Assembly (NCBI GenBank): GCA_054600435.1
Contig: BAAIJX010000084.1
Coordinates: forward strand, 1-63,779
DNA length: 63,779 bases
Direction of reading: 5' to 3'
Origin: Neophaeotheca triangularis
Lineage: Eukaryota
Shown: in pieces, positions 1 through 13,963 of the stretch
Position numbering within the stretch: the first letter of the stretch is position 1
Layout: each line of letters opens with the position of its first letter
Program-made: the position numbers and the translations under genes
The notes under the pieces: model-generated
What the model saw: only the letters and a program-made list of their open reading frames with translations
Told to the model about the DNA's origin: nothing
The model's database searches: none

Positions 1-206
<206 letters not shown>

Positions 207-223
207 AACCCCCCACTCCGCAG

Positions 224-873
224 ACCTAACAAAAGCCACCCAAGACCACCTCCACCCCCTCATCCACGTCGCCTTCATCCTCTCCATCCTCCTCCTAACC
301 GCCATACTCCTCCACACCAGCCTACGACAATGCGTGATGGGCAAAACCCTCTCCCCCCCGTCCAAAATCTGGCTCCCCCGCTCCCGCAACAACCCTCCCG
401 CCCAAACCCAAACCCAAGAACTACAACCCCTCCCCCAAAACGACCCCTATCCCACGCCCGAAACCCCCAACCCTCCACCCCCCGCTTACGGCAAATGGCG
501 AGGCTCCATAAGAGTAAGCCCACAAATCCTCGACTCGCACTGCCGCCGTCCCAACCCCACCAATCCCTCCAACTCCTCCAACGCTTTCACCCCCTGGCCC
601 CCCTCCGCCCCGCACCTCCAACCCCCCTCTTACACCCCCTCCCCCCTCCCTAATTCCGCCATCACCGACTTGCGAGCCCAGAGTCCCGAGCTCGCGCGCT
701 TGCCGCTTGCTAGCCGCGAGCGGGTTTTGGCTCTGGTCGCGGCTGAGGTTGCCGCGGGGAGGCCGGTGCCTGTTGTTGAGGCTGAGAACTTGGGTGTGGG
801 GGAGCGCGGGTTGGTGCGGGTTTTGGTTAGAGGGTGGAGGGAGGGTGGGGGGGTTTGGGAGGTGGGGTTTTAG
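224..873 (+). CDS. Last exon of a 5'-truncated hypothetical fungal membrane protein
   Basis: Frame is open from the acceptor at 223: LTKATQDHLHPLIHVAFILSILLLTAILLHTSLRQCVM (TM-like), then a Pro-rich part with PPPAYGKWRGSIRV. Same frame as ORF 334..873. Confidence 0.6.
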
Positions 874-1167
874 GGTTTTGCTGGGGTGGGGGGACGGGTG
901 GGGGTTTGGAGGATAGGGGAGGTGGGAGGGATGGGGGTTTGAGATTTGGAGGGGATGAGAGATGATGGGGGGGGGGAAACTGCTGGGGCGGGGTTTCTTT
1001 TACTTTTCTTTTTCGCCCTTCTGGTGGCCATTTTCGTTTTTTCCACTTGGGGCTGCAGGTGGTCCGGCGAGGCTGATGAGAACGCTTTCGTACTCCTCTT
1101 GCTTCTCGATACACTATCTATGGTATAGACCGCTTTCCTATCCAACAGGCGACTCCCGGAACCCCTC

Positions 1168-3738
1168 TCAAATCCCCTCCCCCTCCCCCTCAAGATACCC
1201 CGGCTTTCCCAACTCCCCACCCCCCTGCACAAGCACCCCCCTCAACTCCCCCTCAATCTCATCCCTCCGAGCCTTCCACTCCCCAACCCTGCTCAACCGC
1301 TCCTTAAGCTCCGCCAACTCCCTCTCAACCCCCAACTTCTCATCCGCGCTTCCAATCCTCAAAAACTCGTACTCATCCGCTCTAGCGCCTAAGCCGAGAG
1401 TCAGGGTGAATTCGTGGTATTTGCGCAGCGAGAAACGGGTCGAGGTTGTTATGAGAGCTAGTTGTAACACTTGGGTTAGTAACGGGGGTCAGCTGGGATG
1501 ATAGGTGGGGGCCAACTTACTGATGCCTTTGGCTTTGGCGGTCTCGTACAACAACCCCTCGACGTCGGAGCTCACGGCGCTGGTGCCCTCGTCTACGAAA
1601 GCGAAACGCGGTTCGTGGTACAGCAGCCGCGCGATGCCCATGCGTTGCTTCTCCCCGCCCGATAGCACGTCCTTCCACTCTTTACGAGTGTCCCAGCCGC
1701 CCTCGCGCGCTGTTAGGTAGCCGAGCTTCGCTTCTTCGAGGACGTTTTGCAGTTCGCGCTCGCTGCGGCCGGAGGCTTGGAAGTCTATGGCGGTGTGTGG
1801 GTAGATGACTTGGTCGCGGAGGGTGCCGGGGGAGAGGTAAGGGCGTTGGGGCAGGAACATGATGCCGTCTTGGCCTGTGTTGCGGGGTCGGGAAGTGAGA
1901 CCGCGGTAAGTGGGCCACAGACCTGCGACGATGCGAGAGACGGCGGATTTGCCAGCGCCGTTGGGGCCGGTTATGAGGAGGTGTTCACCCTTGGCGACGG
2001 AGAAGGTGAGGTCTTCAATCAGCTCTTCGCCGCCGAGGGGGTGGAGTGAGGGTGCGACGACGGGGACGTGTTCGAGGCGCACGCCGTCGTGGCCTTTGTG
2101 GAGAGTGCCTGCTACGTCGGCGAGGGAGTAGAGTTCGGGGTAGGCGTTGCGAGGGGTTGGGTAGGCGTTTGCGTGCACGCGGTGTAGGGTTGCGAGCAGT
2201 GTGTAGACGCGGCTGGTGTAACCGGCGAGTTCAGAAAGGTCTTTGATACTGTACATCATGCGGCCGCCGGCGTCGGCGAGGGAGAGCATGAGGCGTTTGT
2301 TGGTGATGAATTGTTGGGTGCGGCCTCCAGAGCGGTCGGAGACTTCTGCGCCACCGGCTGCGGAGGCTGACACGGCAGAGGGGACTTTCGCCGGTTCGCT
2401 GTTGGGTTGGATGAGGCCGCCCCAGGCTGGAAGGAAGACTGGGAGGGAGGTGATGAGGTAGCCGAACGCGGACCAGCTGTATTTCAAGACGAAGTCTTCC
2501 AGCATGTTGTACTTGACCTTGATGCGGTATATGCCTTCCATCCAGTGCTTGAGCTCTTTGAAGCCTTTGTCGAGGAGGACATGCTCGGTAGGTCCGCCGG
2601 CGTAGAAAGCGACTTCTTCTGCGTTGGCAATCAAACGAGCATGCAGTGCTCTGAATTCGCCTTCTTTCCGTCCTTCGACTGCTTTCATTTTGCCAAAAGG
2701 AGGAGACAACCGTCGCAGAAGAGTGGCTGTAGCGAAGTAGTTGAGCAGAAGAGCGCTCAAAGCCACCGGTCCAAGCGAACGATACAGCTGGAAGTTGAAA
2801 GTAACCAAATCGACCAACGGCTTTCCCAAAGACGAGTACAACGATGCTGCCGAATCACAAAAGAGCGTCAAGTCCTGCGTGATGAACTGATCGGCCCCTT
2901 GTCCAACTCCGCCATCCAGATTGTGCAGCTTATAATACGCCAGACTCGGGTTCAAGTACAAGTCGTGAATATACCTCGTCAATCTCGTCCTGAAAGCAAT
3001 ACTAATCTTCGACTGCAAGAACTTGATCATGCTGTTGGTGTAGCTGCTGATACCACCAATCGCTAGCCACTTGGCTATGCCCAGCAAAAAGGCCTTACCT
3101 TTGCCGGCTACCAAATCACGGACAATCTCGCCGTCCAGTCTCGCTACTACCAAGGAGAGGTATGTCCGGAGTAACAAGAATACGGCATGTGTGCCTAGCA
3201 ACCCCGTCTCTTTGGACGACCATCGCGGAATCATGATACTCATCAGGCTGAGGAACTGGTGAAGAAAAGCGAGGTTCAAGCCGGGCTTGACATTCGACGG
3301 CGGCGCCCCCAACGTCGTCGCATCCTGGCGCAACCCAGCTCTTCGAGGGGGATTGAGGAACAATCTCCTATGCGCGTCGAAAGTTGTGTTCTTTGTAGGG
3401 TAGATGGTCACGCGACTGGATTGGTCCTTGTAGGGCACGAAGATGGTTCGACTGCCGTCTTTGCCTCTCAGCCCGCTGTTGTGCCGTAATAGGCGTCGGC
3501 CGGTTTCGTCTTCTTTCCGGCGCTTGCTGTAGGCTTTGTACCCTCCATAGCTGGAGGCGATGATTGTCAGGGCGAGAGCTAGGGTGGAGAGGAGGCGGGT
3601 TGTTCGCTTTGGGAGGGGACTCTTGTGCTGTAGCTTGTCTAATCGGGCAGTAAGGCGGGCGTAAAAGTCATCGAAGAGGGCTGAGAAGCGGTCCGAGGAG
3701 GAGGAGGAGGAGGAGCGCAGGGTCGATTGCGCTGCCAT
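1168..3738 (-). CDS. PXA1: Peroxisomal ABC half-transporter (ABCD family, Pxa1-like), 2 exons
   Basis: ABC_membrane_2-type region, EAA-like NAEEVAFY, Walker A GPNGAGKS, LSGGEKQR, Walker B FVDEGTS. Intron 1520..1458 (GTAAGT...CTAAC...TAG) gives ...AKGITLITTSTRFSLRKYH... Confidence 0.93.
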
Positions 3739-4771
3739 GGTGGATGTTTAGGGTGGAGCAAGGGAGCAACGTGATGCTGTCAGGTCGGTGTTCTGGGTGG
3801 TTTCATGTCGGCAATAGCTGTTTGCCGTGACGTGCGTGGTGATTGAAAGGGATAGTGACAGTGCTGGGAGTGAGCAAAGAGTACAAGTACCTAGGAGGTA
3901 AGGTCATCTGTGGACATGGCCGTCGTTCGTCTGGTCATCACATGCGCTTCGGTCGGCTGGCAGAGGCAGGCATTCATTCATTGCATGTGAAAGCGAAGCT
4001 CTCGAGTCCCGAGGCTCACTTCAGCCTCCATTTCTTGGCCTCGACTTCACATGAGATTGGGAGGCGCTCGTTGAAAGCTACAGACCATACAGAGACGTCA
4101 GTAGCTTTCAATAGAGCCACCAAAACTTGACGATACTGGTAGTAAAGCAACATCGAGCCGGCCGGATGCTCGACCAGACACAGCCGTCCCTCGCCACCAA
4201 ACATTCAGAGCAACAGCAACAGCAAAGCCTCGTCCCGTCACGCATCTCACAAGAACGCTCTCCAGTGAGCCAATTCGCCTCCAGCTAAAACGAGCACGTT
4301 TGCAAGATATGGATCTGGTCCAGTCCCTCTCCAGGCCCATGAAGACAGCTGGAGCAAGCTGATGAAAGGCGTACCATCAAAAATTCCGCCAGTGAGACCC
4401 CCGTAGGAGACTCATGCGAAAACACCACCGTGTTGTGCAATGAAGAGAGTCTTTACACCTAGAAAGCTTCCGTGAGCGCTCACAGGCCGGCAAAGTAAGT
4501 ATAGAGGGAGAAGAAAGGGTGAGAAAGGTGTTTGGACGGGGGAGCTGGTTTCGTTGCTGCTGTGTCGCGGGAGCTTCGGTAGTTAGGGCTGGTGATGAGG
4601 CGTGAATCCTATGATTTTAGGGGTCGAGAGGACAGCAAATTGGCAGCTTTTGCATTGTATATGTGAATGGCAAAAATGCCGACTACGAGACCTAACAAAG
4701 CCGGTTGACGGTCTTCACCGGCATTGATCACAAGCGAGCCAAGCCATCTCCGTTCCCACTTCCCACTTCCC

Positions 4772-6516
4772 TTAAAGCCTGTTCCTCCGACATCGATTAC
4801 AAGCTTGCAACCGACACTGCCTGCACTCAAAAATATACTGCTTGAGCCAACTAGAACACTCCTCGCATTGATGCCCACCCCGGACCCAGCGCCACTTGTC
4901 GTGGGAGCACTGGTGGTTGGCTCGGAGGTATTCGACAGCAGCCGCGATGAGCTGATCGCGGCTTGGGACTGCTTTCGTAGCGGTATTAGGCTCTAGCCCT
5001 GGCTCGGTTGCTGCTGCAGGACCGGGTGAGGGAGCGATCTCGTCTTCGGATTGGAAGTCCTCTTCCCACATTGAGTGGTCGGAGAAGTCGTCTTCGTAGA
5101 TGGAGGATTCTGAGTGATAGCCAGTGTTTCTGGGCGTTGGGTCATCGGGGTCAAGGCCCATAGTCGCTGCCAAGGACTGGTATTGTAGCTGCTGTAGGGG
5201 TCCGCTTGGCCGGCGGGATCGGGCTGGCGTGGTAGGTTGCTCGTGGTAGGTACGTTGGGGCTGGAAGAGGCGGCGGCCTGGATCACGGTCGACGACTTGG
5301 GTGGCGCGAGCGACTAAGCGGCGTTCGTCCCATTGTTCGCAATTGCAGGTATGCCATTCAGCACCGCAGACGTAGCAGAATTGGGCGCCGCAGGTGCACC
5401 TGGGGAGCGGTTAACGGCGGACCGTTCTGGGGCCATTGCTGATTGCACTTACGTGATGTGGTTGCAGCCATGTGCTAGCTCAACAATGCGGTGGCATTTG
5501 TAGCATCTCTGCCATTGCTGATCGTTCGCAGTGCTCAGCAACTCCTGCAACGCAGTATCTTCCGGGCAATCGCCAGTGTGGGAAGGGTTCTTGCACATTG
5601 CACAGGTTGTTTTTGAGCAAGTCGGACAAGTAGCGACGTCTCCTCGGATGGTGCTATTTGGTATGAAGGTTGAGCATCGTTTGTCGTGGCAGTAGGTGCG
5701 GTTGGAGGTCGCCAACTCGGGCTCTTTGCTTTTGAAGTCCTTGACTAGCTCACGAGGTAAGAAGAAGCTGACCCAGTCGATTTGGACCGGTTTGTTGCAG
5801 CACCGTGGTGGGAAAAGTGATTCGTCGGTCATCGAATGCTGGAAAAGCGCGGCAAGACACTCTCGGCAGTACTCGTGGTCGCAGGGTGTACGGACGACAG
5901 AATAGAACTCGAACTCGTCCTGGCAGATGACGCATCTGGAGAGCTTCGCCTTGGACGTTTGTCGACGCGAAGCTGCCCATGCTGATGATTCGGCCACGAT
6001 GGTATCAGAGTCGGAGCTGCTTGGCAGGCGTGGTGCTTTGTAGGTTGTGGGCATGCCCATGTAAATTGCTGAGGCCTTCGCTAGCATCTCAACATCTTGC
6101 CAGGGGTCACCGCTCTTGTCACACTGTGTCTTTGGTTTGGGAAACGTGCCGCTTGGACAGGCAGCGGTTCTTCCAACTCCTAATGCCTCATCGTTAGTGT
6201 TGGAGAGGCGTAGGGCCAGCTCACGATCACTAGCAAGCTGCTCTTCGGCCTGATAGGCGCGCTGGATCATGGCTCCATCACGGATAACGGCCGTGGCAAT
6301 ACTTTGAGCAAGTGTGCGATCTGCCAATGTAGCGTCACAAGCTCGAAGGTCCTCGGCATACATCTGTAGTGCAAACTCAGCATCATTGATAGTGCCCTCG
6401 CGCTGCTTCCCTTTGGAGCTTGCCAGAAGAGTCTGACTATCTTCAAGTTGCATCTCCACCACAGCTTTGAATGTCAATGGATCCATCGTTTCGTACACGC
6501 CCTCCCATAGAACCAT
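4772..6516 (-). CDS. RBR/IBR-type (Ariadne-like) E3 ubiquitin ligase, 2 exons
   Basis: RING1 CVIC...PCDHEYCREC, FPPRCC, IBR and RING2 GCNHIT|CTCGAQFCYVCG across intron 5452..5400. Frame continues into the Cys-rich tail ending CRQCRLQACNRCRRNRL. The start may be the second Met (MDPL). Confidence 0.88.
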
Positions 6517-8270
6517 CTTGAGAGACGAAGCGCCAATGTGCCGCTCGACGGTCGTCTAGGGTTTTCTGTGCCTCAATCAAGGATGGGGGGGAAATGAAGG
6601 AAATGAAGTAGACTGCAATAGAGAAGATCGATGATAGCTTGGGGTGATTGGGGTGAGTCCCCCGTTTGAGGCTTGTGTAACACTAGGAGCCCGAGACGCT
6701 GGGATGTTATGGAGTGCTCAAACGGCTCGCATAACACTGATAGGCTTACCTACCAAACTGTCCATACTCACTTGAGGTTTACTGCATGCAAGGTCGCGGC
6801 TGACACCCCTCCCCCCTCCTTCCCCTTTCCGAGGACAGGGTAAAGTAGCTCCAGTCCTAAAGCTGTTTGTATCGCGGGCGATTCAGGGCCGCGCTGAAGG
6901 TGCGGCAGAACTGACATGTTCATTTCTGAACCACTTATGTGGGCTGGTTTGGGTGTGTAGAGATGCTCGCGATCAGCAAATGATGCTCAAACAGATTGTA
7001 CTGGTCTCATCGGTGCTGCTGGCCAGCAGCCCTAAAAGGGATGCCATGTCGAGCGATTTATCGCCCAGGGAAACCAAACGTGATCGTGTCTGCGTATGAG
7101 AACGACAGACGCATCAAAAGACATATTCGGACGCGACCCAGTATCTGAGATAAAAGACACTTGCAGAGAGAGCAGAGAGACGGAGAGTCTTCTCGCATCT
7201 TGTAAATCCGAATACATACCTATCGTGAAAGCGACAGATCGGATCTGGAAGATAAAACGCAACTCAAACCCGAGCCCTACGAGCCCGCATTTGGAAGAAA
7301 CACCCCCTAGACTCGGCAAGAAAGAACACGCTCAGCCCCGATCACTAATTCACAGACCCACTAGAGCGCACTTCATTAGCACAACTCGGCCTTATACAAC
7401 CTGGAACTAGAGCCCAAGACGTAGGTGGCCGCTTGCCGGATAACTTTTGAAAAAACTATATATGTTTTTGGCCAAAGATGTTGTCCATCGTTCGCTGGTT
7501 GTAAGATCAATCTCCGACAATTCCCTCGTGGCGCAATTGGATAGCGCGTTCGGCTGTTATTCACTCTCGAGTCAAGCAACCGGAAGGTTGGTGGTTCAAG
7601 CCCACCCGTGGGAGGTTCTCTTTTTGCCCTTTTTTTTCGCCCCTTTTACCTTTGGAGAACATTCACAACAGTAGACAGTAAAGGATGGAATGTTTTGTGC
7701 GTAACTGGTACCATACCTTGAACCCGACAACGGAATAGATTAAATATGTTTCAAGTCCTATTTACTATAAGGCAACATCATCAGTTTTTTTTTTCAACGA
7801 ATCCCTCGGCAGACAACGCAAGACAGATGTTGAAAACTGATTTTGGAACCTATAAACCCCAGCCCAGATATACAAACCCAGCCAACAACGCCTTCGCTTT
7901 GCTATCGAGAAAGAAGAGGAAAACTGGTATCGACCTTCGCCTTGCCCTGTCTGTACAAAAAACATAGAAAGAGATGCTCAAGCCTTTGAACTCAAAACTG
8001 GCAAAATTCCCGCCGTGATGGATAGCCAATACGCCGTTGCCGTTGCCTTTGAAACCGCCTGCCCTTGTAATCGTCGCATCGTATCGTATAACAGCAGAGT
8101 CTGGCGTGGGAGAAGAGGTAGAGAAGTTTGCGGCCGGCCGTTTCGTTACTCTCGAGTCGGAGTCTCAAGAACACAGCCGTTTTCGCGTGAGACCAATCGG
8201 CAGGATTGACAGTGGAAAAATTCCACACCGACGCCGTTCCCCACCAGATCCACGCCACTACCCCCCACTC

Positions 8271-10218
8271 CTACCGCCCCAAACTAGGAAACACTCCGCC
8301 AGCCACTTTCCGCCACCGACTCCTCGTCCTCGCCTCCTGCTCATCCGGATCCTGCACTTCCCCCCTTCGACCAAGCATCGCCAGAGCGCGCTGTCTAGCC
8401 CACTCGCGTCTGCCAGCAGTGTTCTCAGGTTGTACATTGCTGCGGCTTTGCTGCTGATGACGCTCCGAAACGGACCGCGCGAGACTAGCGTCCGGACGTT
8501 GGGGAGTGTTGCGAGATGAGAGGTCCGTCATGGGCTGTGCCGGAGCGGAGGAGATGCGTCTTTCGTTGCTGCTGTTGCTGTTGCTGTTGCTGCCGTTCCA
8601 TCTCCTGTAGCCTCTTCTCAGACGGTCGCTCACGGCGCGGAACCCAGGTGCTGGAGCGCGTTGGCCTTCTTCGGGCGGAAGGGCGGGGAGTTCGGATTCT
8701 GGGTCCGTGTGGCCTCGTTCGCGCATGCGGCGCATAAGGCGTTCGCGGCGGACCATGGCGTTTGTGATGGTCTTGGGGCAGTAGCCAGGAGGAAGGGCGG
8801 TCTTTTTACAGAGGGGGCAGAGAGAGGAGTTGTCGCGGAGGAAGGCATCGACGCATTCGGGGTGGAAGATGTGGTGACAAGGAAGTTCGCGGACGGTGGT
8901 GCCTTGGGTTGCGACGGGAGTCGTACTGGAGGGGACGAAGTCATCGAGGCAGATTGCGCAGGTGGGTTGAGCAAACGGGTCGGGGGTGTGGTGGTTATTT
9001 CTTAGGGCTGGTGTGGCGTGCGTTGCGGAAGAAGGGGAACCTGGGCGGTCGGTTTCTTGCCAGGTGGGAGACTGGCGCTTTTCCCTCGAGGCAAGGTGGA
9101 TGTTGGCGTTGTGGTTGGCAGTTGAGGAATTGTCGTATTGGCCCGGCGCGCGGCTTCCATATGTATACAGGGGCATTTTGTCAAGAAGTTCTTGAGGGAC
9201 CGTCAACCTCTTGATGCCGAGGGCTTCCAAGTCGACTCGGCCATGTGCGACACGATTGCGCAGTTCGTTTCGGCGCCGACGCTGAAGGTAGTGCATGACG
9301 ATCGACGTGAGGCCAATGACGCCAAGGAGAATGGCGAGGACAATCAGTAGGAAGACCCAGAGAGAGGGCAAAGAAGAGCCGGAACCTGAGCCTGGTAGTG
9401 TCAGTATCCGAATGAACAATTTATGAAAACGGGCTGCGTACCCGACCACCGTGATCCCCTACCTGTATCAATGTCGACCACCAATCGCACATAGGCATCA
9501 TCGTTGAACTTCGGCGGTAAGTTTCCGGTGAGTGGTGCTTCTTCGACACTGCCACTCCAATATTGGCTCTCATTCATCAATTGCTGTCCGTAATTTCCAG
9601 GCAGAGCGTAAACTGGGTATTCGTTGTCACGTTTCCATTGTCCGCCGTCGCTCAACGACCACATATCTGAATTTGCCAAAGGAGGCGTGCCAGTGTTATT
9701 GAACGGTAGGTAGAAGATGAAGGCTTCAACTCTACCATCGCCACGCGCGGCTTCGAGGTAGGAGAGGGTGCATCTCTGCGAATCCCACGGTGCCAGTGCA
9801 ACGAGTGGATAATCGCCCGAAGGCAAGTCGGCTTTTCTAGTCACATTTCGAGGGATATGTTCATCGCAATCCTCCGTATCGAGCGTAGGGACGTAAAGGA
9901 GGCCTCGGAGGGATCTGCCATCACTCGCGCCGTTGACAGAGAGGGTTCGGATATCGTACTGGGAGAGGGAGTAATAGGAAATGTTGCGGTCAAGTGGCTC
10001 CGAGGGTGCTTGACGGCCACTGAGAGCGGAGCGGGTTGAGCTAATGGCGTAGGTGATGACTTGAATTGTTTCGGCGCCTGTGAATGACGAAGGCTGTAAG
10101 TCAAAGATACCATCATGTGTTGGGTGAACGGTAGGGTACGGGTGTGAAGGCATAAGGGAGGGCATGGGTGGGAAGACGGAGTTGACATGGTGGAGGTTAT
10201 CGGAGGCGACGTACTCAT
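8271..10218 (-). CDS. Single-pass membrane RING-H2 E3 ubiquitin ligase with a PA-like luminal domain, 3 exons
   Basis: TM LWVFLLIVLAILLGVIGLTSIVM; RING-H2 CAICLDDF...LPCHHIFHPECVD...CPLC. Intron 9462..9392 joins ORFs 9401..10282 and 8271..9449. Predicted first exon ATGA (10218-10215), then intron 10214..10078. Confidence 0.85.
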
Positions 10219-10538
10219 GTTGATTGATCGGCCGAGGGGTCGCAGCGAGCGTCTCTGCGTGAAGCCGGGCGCAATGTTGCACTCTGTGCTATGTGCGACT
10301 GGATGGTGCGAGGTGTAGTCTCAATTTTGCCTCCCGAAACACGGGCATAAAAGATAGGCCTGGGCAGACTCGAGCGAGTACAGCTACGTCACCATGTTCC
10401 GCGGGCGTGGAGTGTAATAAGCAGAGGTGGTGTCGCCGAGGTAAGGTAGGTAGGGTATGAGAGGTCGTCGGTGGATAGAGGCGCGATAGGAGGGTGAAGT
10501 TGCAGTGAGGGTGGGTGGCGTGGTAGTGAAGAGAGAGA

Positions 10539-10564
10539 GTAGTAGTAGTAGTAGTAGTAGTAGT
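10539..10564. repeat. (TAG)n microsatellite upstream of the RING gene
   Basis: About 8 tandem TAG units following a GA run. Confidence 0.8.
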
Positions 10565-11126
10565 GATGATTACAGTAGGTAGGTAGGAAGAGGCCGGGTA
10601 GGCCGGGGAGCTGGAGGTTACCGAAGGTGTGTGGAGGCTGAGGTGGCCCAAGACAGACGGGCGGGATCTTCAGACGAGCCTGCTCTCGAACACAATAATG
10701 CGACCGTCGACTTCCTCGGCAGTGACAAAGCAGTTGACATGTCACTACTATGCCGTCTGCCAATACTATATAGTTCATTCAGGATTGCACTGGTTTAATT
10801 CATTCTTCTACCCAAGTTATTATACTCGAGCATTTGCCTGAGACTTGCTACATGTAATCGCGATGGCATCGTGGAGATGGACACGACTCGACTTTAAGCT
10901 TTCCTTTATATAGATATAGCGCTATGCGGGGATAAGCGGGCGGGCCAACGCCGAACACCGACATGGCCAACATCGCGTCTTCAATTCACTACTACCTACT
11001 GCTACTGTACCTTACCTACCTCTCTCTAGCTACTTCCCAATCCGGTCTCTTGGTAGACCTCACCTCACCTTACTTCACTTATTTTTGATGTGACATACTC
11101 TATACTAACTCTCCCCTCTCATAACC

Positions 11127-13963
11127 ATGCCTCCGTCGTCCTCCAAGAGAGGCAGCGCAGGCCCCAAGGCAACTGCGCGCGACCGCCGCTCCATCTCGCG
11201 TCACAGCACCCCAGTCTCCGCTCTCACAGATACCACCGCTCCGCCCACTCCCCTCCAAGGCACTCCCTCGACAGCGCAAGCTCCAGTACCTGCGTCTACA
11301 ATACCAAAAGAAACCCCTTATACTCACACACCGACCGCTGCTATCCTCAACACCTCCTCCACCGATCAAGTAACCCTCGAGTCCCTAATAGATCGATGTA
11401 ATGCGAATGGCAAGAACGAACTTCCCTCCGCCCGCGCTCTGCACGAGCTGGAGTCGAATATCCGCGAGAGTCTTCTGAAAACGTTCGTTAAGAGGGGCGA
11501 GACTGCGAATGCGTCTATGAGACAGCTCGTGCAGAGGCGCAAGGAGCGCGAGAGGGCCGAGCGCGAGGTGGAGGCAGCGAGGGCTGAGGAGGTAGAGGCG
11601 GGAAGACTCAAGCGTGAGAAGGAGGAGCGGAAGAAGAGCGGTAGTGGCACGGGCAAGAAGAGGGCGCATGAGGAAATGGAGGGCGTGGAGCAGGAGGGCA
11701 GTGGTGATGAGGAGGACAAGGAGAATAAGAGAGATGCGCCTACTGTCGGCGCGCATGGGCTTGCTAGACAGGACGGTGTCGGTGTGCATGAAGGTAAGTT
11801 TAATAAATTTTATTTGTTCGCTGGGGGCCTTTTTCTGTTTCCCCTTCATTTTGTAAACACTATGGTAACCCACCCTGCCCTTCACCACACCGTCTACGAT
11901 CTCCCTTGGCGTGCACGTCGACCCGCGTCATTTGCGTGAGCTCGACGTTGCGCTGCGCGAAATGGGGGTCCTAGCTCCTGCGTTCTTGGCGTGTTCCTGT
12001 CAAAATCAAGAAGCCCGCGTCTCTCTACTTCCACCTCTCCCAACATCAGCACCACTCATCCATGTCCTATACCCAACACCAGTACATCGATATGGAAGAC
12101 CCACCACGCACCCCTTCGAGAAGTCCCTCGGACAAGAGTATGAGCATATCTTCTGGGCCTTCGCCTGAACCCCGTCCTCGCCCTTCACCCGCCCCCAGCT
12201 TCGAAGGTGTTGTCATGAGTACTTCTGGAGGACAAGACTCTGGTGGAGTACCGCCAGGGGTCACACTCTCACGCGCTCACTCTTCGGGAGCCTCCATGAG
12301 CGTCTCTGGTGGAGAAGGCCCTGTTGACACATCGTCCGGCGACCTCTCATTCCCTGGCACCAGCGTTTCCAGAAAATCCATGAGCATGCCCAGCGCTGAA
12401 GGGCTAGGCAACATCACCTTGCATACCACTATTTCGCCTCGCTCTTCTTCTTTCAACGCAGCAATCAGCTCTAAGTTTCAAGAAGAACCATCCGAGCTAA
12501 CATCAAAAACAATTACAGCCGCGCCACCACCGCCATCTCCACCCGTTGAGCCAGGCACAGCAGCCATCGACCCGATGGACACCGCCGAATCGCCATCCGA
12601 CACCGACGGGCAGCCACAAGAGCCATCTTCCACAGCGCCACTCTACGAACGCGCGTTCGGCAAGGATCCGACCCAATTCGACGATCCCACCGTCTACGAC
12701 ATCCGCCCAATCTCCGAAAACTTGAGCAAAGACGAGATTCGCGACATTTTGAACGTCGCCACGTGGCCAGAGTCAGACTTGCGTGACCTCACTGCCGGTG
12801 ACCCTCCAGACCAGGACTTCAGCAACGCCAAGCCTGCAAACCAAGTCAACTTCTCAACCTTTCAAACCTACGTCGAGCCGTACATCCGCCCCTACACTGA
12901 GGAGGACGTCTCGTTCCTCAAAGAGCGTGGCGATCGTTTTACTCCTTACGTCATCCCGAACCGTGGTCCCAAGGGCTACAAGGAAGTATGGGCTGCCGAA
13001 GACGGGTTGAGCAGCATGGGTGTCGACGCGCCAAAGGATAAGACCTTGGATCCGAACGAAGCCAGAGGCTCTATCGAGAACATGGATGACAGCGTCGCCG
13101 AAACCGACGAAGTCAGCCTTGGCCCACTAACCAGCCGCCTACTCTCCCTCATCCGCCCTGTCCCCTCCACCAACACCAACGGCACTGCACCCGACAACTC
13201 CCAAGAGGGCAACAAAACCGAGACAACCCAAACCAACAGCGTTGACACCGACATGCCCGACGCCAACAACACCACAGACGAAGCTGGAAACCCCCTCCAA
13301 AGCGCCACCCCACGCGACACACAAACCAAACCTACCACCTACCTCCCCCCATCCGCCCCTCGCCCTTCTAACCTCCCAAACCCCGACCATGCCACCTACG
13401 AAGCCCGCGCCCTGGCCGAACTCCGCTACATCGGCTTCCTCCCAGCCGACCAAACAACACCTCCCGACTACAGTGAAGCCACCGACGACGAAGTCTGCGC
13501 CCGCCTGCGCACGCTCCAACACGCCCTCCGCGACGTCAGCGCGCGCAACAATCTCCGCCGCCAGCGCGTCCTCGAGCTCACGTACGAACGCATGGCCATG
13601 CAAGAGTACGCCAACATCGCCGACGACCTCGACAACCAAGTCAACGCGGCTTACCTCAAGCGCAACCGCTCGCTCGCCAAACCGGCCGGCAAAAAGGGCG
13701 CGGCTGCGCGTTCTGGTGGTGGGGCCCAACAAAAGGGCGTCGCGAGTGCTGCGGGCACGGGCGCCGGCGGCAGGGGCGTCAGCGAGGGCGTGAAAGCGCT
13801 GATGGAGAAACGCGGCGCTTGGCGTGGCATGATCGGCGGTGTTGTGGGTTTTGGCCGACAGCCGATCTTGGACGACGACGAGACCGTTTTTGGGGAGGAG
13901 GATATGAAGCGTGCCGAAGCGGCGGAAAGGGAGTTGGAGGCTGGCGAGGAGGGCGAGGCTTAG
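11127..13963 (+). CDS. NGG1: SAGA/ADA complex subunit Ada3/Ngg1, 2 exons
   Basis: GAHGLARQDG, GDPPDQDFSNAKPANQVNFSTF...PYIRPYTEED, GPLTSRLLS, ELRYIG, DDEVCARLRTLQ, QEYANIADDLDNQVNAAYLKR. Intron 11794..12518 (GTAAGT...GCTAAC...CAG) is phase-compatible. Confidence 0.9.
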
